From: the human T2T-CHM13v2.0 reference genome, Homo sapiens
Assembly (NCBI RefSeq): GCF_009914755.1
Contig: NC_060930.1
DNA length: 64,000 nt
Strand: one strand, 5' to 3'
Below the pieces are notes generated by a model that was not told the DNA's origin, did no database searches, and saw nothing but the letters and a program-made list of their open reading frames with translations. The stretch's first letter is position 1. Each line of letters starts with the position of its first letter. Of the stretch, positions 17,180 to 28,000 are shown one piece after another. A program made the position numbers and the translations under genes.

Positions 17180-17333
17180 CTTGTGACCAATAGCACACAT
17201 TGTAACATGGGGGACCGGGGTTAGGAAAGCAGTCTGTGGCTATGAAACAGATCAAAACTAACTAGCCATTAGGGAATGAAACCCATGACCTCCATCTCAT
17301 TAGTACCAGGCTTAAGCCAAGCTGAATGAGCTA
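17180..17333 (-). mobile_element. MamSINE1-like tRNA(Ile)-derived SINE
   Basis: Reverse complement reads TAGCTCA..TTGG..TGGTACTAATGAG..AGGTCATGGGTT..TCCC (tRNA-Ile-like head) then GTTAG..CATAGCCACAGACTGC..CCTAACCCCGG..TGGTCACAAG body. Confidence 0.75.
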
Positions 17334-17493
17334 TTCATTGATAACATTATGATACCTATTGGATGAGCCTTTACTCTTTACTTAAAAATCCCTTTCTCGG
17401 TTCCATATTATTTGTACTAAAATATGATTGTGTTGCTGTTATGTGAGAAGGAGTAGGGAGATACATGGCTTTCAAGGAGACTTCAGAAATCAG

Positions 17494-17794
17494 ACTGAGC
17501 GCAGTGGCTTATTCCTGTAATTCCAGCACTTTGGGAGGCCGAGGCAGGAGGATCACTTGAGCTCAGGAGTTTGAAACCACCAGGGCAACATAACGAGATC
17601 TCCATCTCTACAAAACATAAAAAACATCAGCCAGGCATGGTGGCATGCTCCTGTAGTCCTAGCTACTTGGGAGGCTGAGGTGGGAAGATCATTTGAGCTT
17701 GGGAAGTCGAGGCTGCAGTGAGCTGTGATTGCGCCATTAAACTCCAGCCCAGGTGACAGAGCAAGCCACTGCCTCCAAAACACAACAACAAAAA
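17494..17794 (+). mobile_element. Alu (AluJ-like)
   Basis: Sense Alu dimer, CA-rich tail. Confidence 0.9.
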
Positions 17795-17854
17795 CTTCAG
17801 GAAGCAGGGCCAATTAAAAGGAAAAAAAAAGGGAAAAAATCAATTACTCTGTTT

Positions 17855-17980
17855 ACTTTATCTAAGTAGGGAGAGAACTGAAGCTCCTAAAACGTGAGGT
17901 GACATGGCTAATGGTTCCCAGTGGTGGTAGCAGAACTGGATTAGAACACCAGTCTCTTGGACTTCACTCCTGGGCACTTT
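17855..17980 (-). mobile_element. MIR fragment
   Basis: AGAACTGAAGCTC...GGTAGCAGAACTGGATTAGAAC. Confidence 0.55.
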
Positions 17981-18094
17981 CAATTTGTGAAGGGCTGGCT
18001 CATGGAAAATGTAATCCTTGAATTTTTCCAGGACATGAGGGGCCTGTCTTATCAATGCAGGACAAGCATAGTGTTAGGAAAAGGGTGCTAAGCA

Positions 18095-18398
<304 letters not shown>

Positions 18399-19239
18399 TG
18401 CAGTAGCTAAGATTTCTAAAATGAAGTGCATGCAGCATCGACATTCCAGGATGGAGTACAGTGAGAAGTTTTGAATGACATCCATGAGGGTGGGGGATGG
18501 GGTGATGAGAGGCTTCAAAAATTCTCTGGAGAGTGAGTACAGTGATTTGTTTAAAACATTTTCTATGTAAAATGACTTTAGCTTCAGAATATTTGGGAAT
18601 GTAGTAACCTGAAATCATTTTGGGGTGGACAAGTTTGGATATAAACAAATAAATATAAAGAAAAATAAAGGAGTGAGCTCATAGCTGAGTGTGGGACGTC
18701 AGGGAAGTTATAGACCTGAACCTGAAGCATGGATTTGGTATTTACATGTGGCAGGGTGGAGGAGGGTGGGATGGGAAGGTGGGAGAGTGGTAGAGGATGA
18801 TGAGATTAAGTGATGCCGGAAAGAAGGCATTCATCATGAATCATTAACAAGTGAGTGAATGGTGGAAGGTGGAAGGGATGGCAAAGAAGCCTCTGCTAGT
18901 ATATTACTATTTAGTGAACAGACGGAGAAAGGTCTGGTAAATAGTACACATTTATGCGAAGAATAAAATCATGTTACCTAGCTTCTAATAATGTATTTTA
19001 CCTCTGTTTTAGATAGTGGCACCAAAGGATTCTTTGTAGAAAACTTTGACAGCAGCCTTTAAAGTCATTATTCCTACAAGTGAGTACTTTCAAAATCTTT
19101 ACTATCCTGAACCACATCTTGAGAAAAATTGAGATGAGGTTTTAATAATGATCTCCGGAGGAGAAAGAGTGTATCATAGAGAGCCTCAAGTCATCCTTAT
19201 TTCTGTTAGTGAACCTCTGTCAGTACACTTTCTAGGCAA

Positions 19240-19610
19240 GCCTTGCTCTTGAAACACTCGGACCTTTACTCAGGACTTCTCTGATTGGTTCATGTTCCCA
19301 GACACCTTCTGGGAAGAAGAATGGCATCATGTACCCTGGATGTTTGTCCTTCAAGAATCAGCTTAGCCATCACTTCTAATGTAAAGCCTTTCCTTATTGC
19401 CACTGGTGCTCAACTGTGTTTGCTCTACATACCTCTGCTATAACATTTTCCATATAACATTACTGTAACATAATGCCCAATTTACTACACTGTCTCTCCA
19501 CCAGGCTGAATTTCTTGTAGCTGGGGCCTAGTTTTGGTCACCTGTTTATCCCCAGCACCTTGCAGAGCACTTAGCACAGGTAGGCCATTAATACACATTT
19601 ATAGACTGTT
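19240..19610 (+). mobile_element. L2 3' fragment
   Basis: CCTTCAAG...TCCCCAGCACCTTGCAGAGCACTTAGCACAGGTAGG L2 3' end. Confidence 0.65.
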
Positions 19611-21300
19611 GAACCAGTATCACTGAAAACATAAGTACAACAGAAATATCATCTAGAAATTATCTTGAGAGAAGGAATCTAAAATTGATTTTTCAGAAAG
19701 AGGAATCTAAAATTAATTTAGTTTCCATGGGGGCAAGGTCTTAGTTTTGTACATAGCTCATGCCCTTTCTTTCCTTCTCCTGCAGTTTGCCTTTGGCCAT
19801 TTCACTGCTTATTATTCAAGGGCTAGAGAGAAAAGGAGAGAAGCTGAAATTCAGATCAGTTAATTAAGCTGTTTGGGAACAGCTCTGAAAAGGGTTGAAT
19901 GTGGTGGGTGAAATCAATAGTGAACTGGTGGTTTGAGATCATCTACAGCTCTCACTACCCAGCCTTCTCTACTTCACACCCCTCAGCCAACGGCTGTTCA
20001 ACGTATGAAGCATTTTATAAGTTCATTTCAGCTTCACAGGATTTGTCCGTTTGTTCTGGAGTACATGTTAAGGCATATGGCCTGATTTTTGGTTTGGAGA
20101 ATTTGGTCACTACACCAACATTAGATATATCGGGTGGTCTGCTTCTATAGGGTAATTTCATGGTCCTAAGGAAAGAATTTAAGAGTTTATGTTCTGAAAC
20201 TGGTTCAAGAAACATTCCTTAAGTGAAAAAATTCAATCAAGAATAATATTCCCTACACTGGAGAAGGATTTTTAATATAGAACTTCCATCTGTGATATAT
20301 TTAAATTCTAGGCCTCAGGCAGCAGTTTCAGAAAAGGGCCTCCTTTACCCTTTATTAGATGCAAAATAAATAGTCTACTCTGGGGATGGGAACTTCCTTT
20401 TACCTCCCCCCCCCCGCAAAATCTAAGACATGCTTCCCTCATTCCTAAAATCACACATGCTTTTTTTTTTCACACAGCAAACTCTGCTATTGACATCAAA
20501 ATGTTTATCAAAACTTTAATTACTCGAATTATTTTGTAAGTACTCCTATTAAGTGGAAAAGACCAGTGAAGCTGTCCAAACGGCGGCCCGCAGTCAATGC
20601 GCCGAAAGCTGTCAATACTGAAATGTAATACTCTCTTGATCTAGTTTTGACGCTTTAACAAAGACAGGTTTTGCCATTTAGGACCGCTCAGCCATCTTGA
20701 CTGAATACCTTAAGAGGGTAGTCCTGGACCTGCTTATTGCCAAGGGACTTTCACAGTGTTCTAAGTTACTGTAGGAATCTCAGCCTATTACTCGACAGAG
20801 GCCTAACATGTTGGAGCTGTCAATAAAGATCCGCACTTAGGAAGCGGAAAGAAGGCACAAGTTTTATATGCACACTTTCTTTATTATGCATTGTTCCAGC
20901 CATCAAAGAGAGGGAGATTGTACTCTCCCAAAGCTTACAACTTTGTTACTTTTCATGACCTGTAGCATGTATTTAGCCTTTGGGCAGTGTTTGTGCAAGA
21001 CTAAGGCCCACTCTTTAATGGCTGAATGCATACATTTCACAGCACATGGTGGATTCGCTGCTCTGAGAATTGCCTTTAAAAAAAGTAAAGTGAAAAATAG
21101 ACAAAGAAATCTGGAACCTTAGCAGTGTTTCCTATTTGTTTGGACTGTTCTTGAACCAGCTCTGAGGCGGTGACCGGGCTATTGAAAAGATGCACCTGAA
21201 ACAGGATCTGCGGGCAGCTGCATTTGCCACCCGGCTTTATTGCTGCTTTCCAGCGGCGAAGGCGCAGCAGCAGTAACAGGGAAGCCAGAGCGAGCCTCCC

Positions 21301-21325
21301 CGGCAGCGGCGGCGGCGGCGGCGGC
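21301..21325. repeat. Short CGG repeat (CGG CAG (CGG)6)
   Basis: Directly visible just upstream of exon 1. Confidence 0.9.
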
Positions 21326-21371
21326 ACCGGCACCAGCGCAGTTTCCCCTCTCCCCAGCCCTGACTCTACGC

Positions 21372-21455
21372 GCACATGCGCATTGCGCCCGCAGCCCTGG
21401 ACCATTTGTCAGGACTACTCGTGAGACGGAGAAAAAAAAAAGAGAAAATTTGGGG
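21372..21455 (+). other. L3MBTL3: L3MBTL3 non-coding exon 1 (TSS approximate)
   Basis: At the 5' edge of the CpG island; strong donor GGG|GTAAGA at 21455/21456. Confidence 0.7.
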
Positions 21456-22539
21456 GTAAGAAGCGGTTGATCGGATCTAATCTCTAATTAATCTGAAGAT
21501 TTGTCCGTGCAAAAGCCATTCATTTATTTTTCTGGGTGAGGATGAAAGTTAAGAGCCCTATAGAGGGAAGGAAGCGCACCCTCGTCTTGTGAAACAGATC
21601 AGGGGAGGGGAGGGACAGAAGGGGTTTCTCCCCCACTTCTCTGCGCCTCTGGGAAAGAGGAGAAAACTTAATCCCGGGGAAAAAAGTGGGCAAGTGACTC
21701 GGAAACGGCTGGAGGGGGAGTCTCTGGGCATCTCACTCTGAAGTAGTGAGTGCGAGTGTGAAAGAGGAACAAAAGAGAGAGAAAAGAGAAAGGAAAAAAT
21801 GGGGGGAGGAGAGACTTGTATTTTTTTCTTTGCGCGCACACGGGGAAGGGTGTGGGGGGCCGTGCGGAAGGGAGCCGGGGCGAGGCGGCCGCGTTGGGCT
21901 CAGGCTGGCGCGCAGGCGGCGGGATGCGTGTGGCCCCCTCCCCCGCGCCCCCCGAGCTTGTCACTTTGGTCGCTTTCGTGACACCGGGCGCGGGGTGGGG
22001 GAGCGCGGCGGCGCCGGGCTCCACCGGGGTGCGTGTCCGGGTGGGCGCCGCGGAGCCGCAGCCCAGGCGGCGAGCGCGGCCGCCGAGGCGGGGGGCGCCG
22101 GCGGGGGGCGCGGGGGCGGCCGGGGCCGCGGATCGGTGCGGCGGGAGGCGCGAGCCCCGCGCGCCGCCCCTGCGGCCCCCTCCGCCCGTGTGGCCTTTGT
22201 GCCGGGCGCGCACCGGAGAGCGAGCGAGCGGGCGGGCGAGCGCGAGAAGTACAAGTACGGGAGACCGAGGCAGTGGGAAAAGAGGCCGGGCCACTTTCTC
22301 CCCTTTCGGGCTGCGGAGAATGGACTGGTTGAATGTGCAGGCGCGTCTCCCCGGCGTGTGCTGTGTGTGTGCGCGGCGGAAAGGCCTGCCCGACTCCCAC
22401 CGCGCACACGCACACTCACACGCACGCACACACACGGACCCGCGGCGGGGCTCGGCGGCCGAGAGTTTGCGTGGCTTCCTCGCCGCCTCCCTCTTCCCAA
22501 CCGAGTGTGTGAGAATTTCATATAGATCAGCTCCAATTT

Positions 22540-22549
22540 CCGCCATTTT
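22540..22549 (-). promoter_or_regulatory. YY1 consensus site
   Basis: CCGCCATTTT is an exact match to CCGCCATNTT, in an AT-richer pocket of the CpG island. Confidence 0.65.
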
Positions 22550-25018
22550 GGGAAAGTTGCACAAAAATAAACCCTCCGGTTTATTTCTGCCCGAGGCAGG
22601 AAAGTGCTTTGGGAAGCGAGGCGGCGCGGGCCCGCGGCGGCCGTCCGCGCGGGAGAGGGCGCGGGCCGCGGGCCGGGCCGGGAGCCCGCGCCGTCGCGGC
22701 GTTCGCCCCGCGCCGTGCCGCGCCGCGCCGGCCCGGGTGCGGGCGCGGGCGCGGGCGTGTGTCGGGAGGCGGCGGCGGCGGTCGCGGCGGCGGCGGCCGC
22801 GCCGGGGCGGCGGGCTTGTGGGGGGAGGGTGGGGGCGGCGCGGGGCTGCTTTTCCTGCAACTTGTTTACGCCTGCCTTATTCTGGGGAGGAAAAGAGGGG
22901 TCGGGGCCGGGGCCGGCGCCGGGGCCACCGCCCGCCTCGCGCCGCGTGTGTGTGCGGTTCCGGAATAATGGGCTTTGCACACTCGCGTCCTGGGCCCCGC
23001 GGGCCGTCCTCGCGCCGCGGCGGCGGGGCGGGGGGAAGTAGAGGCCGGCGGGGGTGGGGATCGGGAAGCGCAGGAGCCGAGGCATCCGCCGCGCGCCCCG
23101 CGAGCTGGTGGAGTGTGGGGGCCGCCGGGCGGGGAGAAAAACTTGAGAGCCCTGGAAGGGGAGGAGGGCACGGTGGCACGGGCGGGGGGAGGGCGCAACT
23201 TTTGGACTGGTGGTAAAACTTTAATTACCTTTAAAGAAAAAAAGGCCCTGCGATTCCCCCCTCCCCCAGTCCCGGTCAAAGCACAGCCCGCAGCGCGACC
23301 GTGAGAGAAAGTTTAAAAGCGGGCGTGTTCCTCCCGGGTCCCCGCGGAGGGCTGGGGGCGTCGGTCTGTCCGTCTGCGCTCAGAGGGAGGTGGGGGTAAC
23401 TAGCCGCTTTCCAGGGCGCGGGGACCGCGGCTCTACCCCACCCTTCCACGGGAGACGGAGGTAAACGTTGCTTCGGTTTCCCTTCTGAGTCCCCCTGCTG
23501 CCACCACCCCGCTTCCTTTTCCTCCCCCTCCCCGCCGATTTTTTGAGGGGACCCGAAAAACGGAGTCCCTTTCCTTAGGCAACTTCCTCGGGCGCTGTGA
23601 GCACGGCCCTCCCCCTCACCGCCCCCACCCCCAACGCCTCGCATCCCTTGGCCCGCTTCTCCACCTCGGGGCCACCGCCAGAAAAATGCATTCGAGATCA
23701 TTCAGAGTGCACAGAAACAAAAATAGATTTTTAATTGTTAGGTTAGGGGAAACTGAGATGAGAAATAAGAATTTGGGGTGGGGGGGCGCGGCCGGGGCGA
23801 GTGCGTCCAGTTCTCCTTTTGGTTTTCCTAGAGCGTTGTTTGTGATGTCTTTATTGGTTTAGGGAGTCCGAGAGGCTCTATGCTGGCTATCTCGGTCGCG
23901 TGGATTTTTGCGCAAGTTTTTAGAAAAACACTGACTCGAGTAGAGAGCATTTCTCCGGAAAGTTTCAAGTGCAGCAAAATAGCGAACGTGCAAAACTGGC
24001 CAAGGGGAGACCTCTAGTGGTTGAACGCGTCTTTTAAGTTCGGAAGGCCGAGAGCAAAGTTTGGCCTTTACTCGTAGCTACGTAGTCCGTTCAGACGTGG
24101 AAGTAATTAGAGGACCTGAGCGAGCAGCCAGATGTTGTGTGAAAGGATGCTGATCAGAAATTGAAAGTTTAGTAAATCGAAGCAATGAATTCTGAGGACT
24201 CAGACCCTGTAACTTCCATCCGACATGAGTTATATGGGAAAGACACTTTGCTTTTATTCAGAGATTTGAGATTGATCGCTCCCTGAATTGGAAACAATTG
24301 TTTGCTTTTGCATTTATCGGTGTCTGTACCTCTGATCAATTTTTAATTAACGAGTCTCAGCTGATGACTTTATTTTGAATGTTAAGAAAACTGCTAAGTT
24401 GAAATGTGTTTAAAACTTTGAAGAAATGGAAAAGACCTTTAGTTGAGATTTGTCTTTTATATGAGCTGTTCATTTTACTGTCTGATAAGTGTAAGGCAAT
24501 TTTATATAGTTTCTTAGCTGTATAGTTATGTATAGTCCGAGTAAGTAGTCCCTTTTGGTTCTAAGACTGTAATTTTGTTTCACTGAGTACGAAATTATTT
24601 CTGAATACTTGTATAATTTGTGATTTAAAGTCCTTAAATACATGGGCAAAAATTTTATGTAATATCTATTCTTTTTCCAGTGTGTTTTCTGTAAAATATC
24701 TTTAATTTTAAAGATAAAAGCAGTGAGGGAAATTAAAGTTGACTCAAATGATCCTTGTAACTTTCACCTGCCTGTCATATACAACAGGAGAGACGTTATT
24801 GGGTGAATTTAGGACATGGGAATGATACGAATGATTAAAATCCATTTCAACTCATCTAGAACCAGCTTATTTTATTTTAATTTACCGAGTGGCATGGTGT
24901 AAAATTATGCCTAAGTGATTCAGAATGTAAGCTTCTTAACTGGGGATGGTGGATTTGAAGGTTTCTTTTTGATGACAGTGTTTTGATTTTACCTTCCCTC
25001 TCTTTAAACCAATGCTAG

Positions 25019-25097
25019 AACCCTTAGGAGAAATCTTGAGAGTGGACAGCAATTGTGAAGATCGCCAGAGAGTTCTGTGTTTCATCACCGCCGAAAG
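25019..25097 (+). other. L3MBTL3: L3MBTL3 non-coding exon 2 (79 nt)
   Basis: Pyrimidine tract plus TAG acceptor at 25018 and strong donor AAG|GTAAGA; no ATG; retained CpGs. Confidence 0.75.
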
Positions 25098-28000
25098 GTA
25101 AGACCCACTTGTTGAAATAAATTGCTTGACATACCTGCAAATGTTAAAAAGCTGCATTTGGAGATCAGGAAGGAGAGTATGAGACTGGGTTGGCAGAAAA
25201 ACATCATTTTGTGGGGCTGCTTTGAATGCATGAATGTATTGACACTAAATGTAATTGTAGTTTGGATGAAACATTAGGAAGTTAGGAGATTGTCCTGGAT
25301 AATCTTTGTATTGCCTTACTTACTAGATTCTTAATTAGCATTTTAGCACCTGTTTTCTACTGAAAGTAAATGTTTTATTCTTTGGAGTTGAAAAAGTGGA
25401 AAAACTGGAATAAAATGATTGTAAATTAATATAAGTGTTACATTGTTATACAGTGATATGGAAGATTCTGGAACTCTAAATGTCTTGGGGGGCCAGTGGT
25501 AAAATTTTGTGAATGAAATTTACATTGGGTGCTTTGGGGGTATTTGTCACATAACTTCTATGGCTTAAATCCAAGATGGGCTGACTTGTGCCAAGTGCCA
25601 TGTTGCAGGGTTATGAGTGAGTTTCAGTGTGTTAGCTTAGACTTGTCAACTTTTGAACATACTTCCACAGGGAATACAGCTGTTGTCTACTAAGATCTCT
25701 TTAGTAATTTTGGAGGGTGTTGGCTTCTTTCCAATACTCCAGGTCCTTCTTTTAGGGCAAAGGTCATTCTCAGGCAGAGGGGACAGCCATCTCTGAAGGT
25801 AGAACATTTCAGTACATTTTTGCTACTCCAGTGCTTTCTACTGTTTATACCTTTTTTTTTCTTCCTTTAATCTTCCCCTCTCCTTTTCTGCCTGTTTTCC
25901 TGCCCTCTCTGTCTTGAGTAATAAAGGGGTCGCTAAATCTTGTTTGGCAAAAACAAAAGAAAACCAAAATTAGCCTACCTTTTTAGAGCAGAACTAACAA
26001 CCTTCATTGGGCCAGGTGTAATCTAGAAATCAAAATGACTAATTATTGATATAAAAATGATTAACAGGAGTTTATTGTCATTTGCTGCTTGTGGATCATT
26101 TTGAATTGTATAATTAGCAAAATAAGTAGATCTGGTCCATGTGGATATGCAGCAGAGACAATGGGGCAAGAACAGCTATAGGAAGGTCCTGCAGACAACT
26201 AGGGTTCAAGAAGAGTAAAATCAGTTTCCTAAGATGGTGAATTTCATGTTTAAATGTGCTGAGTTGAAGACACTGCTTATTTTTCTTTGTCTGCGGAGTC
26301 ACTGTGTCTGTGGATAGAATGCTAGAATAGGAATCAGAAGACTAAATGTAATAACTAGATATATCACCTTGTATATGTCACTCTACCTCCTTCAGCCTCC
26401 ATTTCCTCATCTACAGAGCGGGAACAGCAATACTTGCCTTGCATCTTTTGTTAAAAGAATCAAATAAAATCAGATTTTGAGAACCATAAAGAGTTATTCA
26501 GATGTATAGTGGTCATATCATTTTACCTTCGTCCAGCTTTATGAAGGGCTGGAGGTAGATTGTCTAAGTCAGAATATAGTGATTTAACACTTGGCTAAAA
26601 CTTTTAGATTGGTTTCTGATGTGTGTATTGTATGGACTTCTCGGAATATTTCTAGGAGTATATCTTGTCTTGAGAAAAAAGTAGTTTCCCTTGTATACTA
26701 TTGGCTCTTTGAGGGAAGAGACCATGCTCTAACATGGTGCGGAATACAAAACCGGAAATTTATTTATCCCAAACTAGTCATTTAATAAGTAGAAGGAGTA
26801 AATGAAAGAAATACTTTAAAATGATGCCTAATTGTGAAAATGGTAGGGTGATGAAAGTAGAAGGGTTGGTGTGAGGGGAATTAATGTACTGTAATTAATA
26901 TTTTAGTTGCATGAGTCTGCTGGGAGATGAGGATGAGAAAATAGGTAACTGGAGTAGTAATGATTTAAACTAACTATAGGGGCCAGAACATGAGTCCTCC
27001 GAATGACTGAATTTAGGAAATGTCCAAGTAGGGCTTTTCCTCCTTGTTTTCTAGACCTCTTTGGCTGCAATCTAATTATAGCCAACTATGTAAAATCTAG
27101 ATTAAAAAAATTGTAAGTACTATCTATTATTATTTTTGATTTGATGCTACTGAACCTGACAAAATAAACCCTGACAGGTTTTAGTTTTACTTCATCTCCA
27201 CTCTTTGGAGATTATCCAATCAATGTTCTAAGAATCCAAAAACCCAATAGGAGTGGAAAAAAGAAGTATATGTCCTGTTTAATTAGTCCCTGAGTAATTG
27301 AGAGTTGATTCTTAAAGAATTTTGACTGGGTTGGTAGTTTATTTTTAAGAATTCCATATTTCAGCCAATGCTGTTTATAGTAGTGCAGTTAGGATGGGGA
27401 ATTTATGAGAGAACTTACTTTATGTGGTGGGTGGGATATACCGTTGGCATCCCAAGGATGGATAACTTGAGTGATCCCTGCGGTATTGTTTCTACTAGTT
27501 ACTTAACCAGTTTTTTTCTGAGCTCTTATGGTGTTGAACACTTAAAAGACGAGATCCTTGCTCTTGAGGAGTTCTAGAGATCCTTACTCTGGGACTAGAC
27601 ATAATGAGCTCTTCTAATAATAGTATAACAGTTGCACATGGTACCATTAGGAAAGGATGAGGGCTCTAGCACTCTTTGGAGCTGTTGAACCAGGAAACAT
27701 GGATTTCTGGGCTAACTGATGCAGGACCATGGCATATCATCCAATACACATAGCACAATATAATGCATTCCTTTTTTAGTGCTTCGCCTTCAGAAATGAG
27801 TAAGAAGCCCTTCACCCACAGTCAAGGAATGTCTAGCAAGAGTCTAGCAAGATGGATTGAGGCGATTCTTTCTTTGACCAGTGTGTTCACAAGGTAACTT
27901 TCTGGTGAAGATCTACACTATCTTCCACTGTTACCACTTGCCACTATTGAGGGATTTGTTCCTCACAAGGATTTGGGAATGCTTATAGTATAGGTAAAGA

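Larger units (their letters stand above)
21200..24130. promoter_or_regulatory. L3MBTL3: CpG island / L3MBTL3 promoter and 5' intron 1
   Basis: Very high GC and CpG density against a CpG-depleted background; GC boxes, NRF1-like CGCACATGCGCA at 21371-21382, YY1 motif at 22540. Confidence 0.95.

Noticed and set aside
17250-17333. Possible tRNA-Ile gene
   Set aside because: Cloverleaf and B-box are degraded, and the sequence continues into a SINE body.
21816-23216. 466-aa ORF and many overlapping ORFs on both strands
   Set aside because: Stop-codon depletion in a CpG island; Arg/Gly/Ala/Pro low complexity, no domain, several frames open at once.
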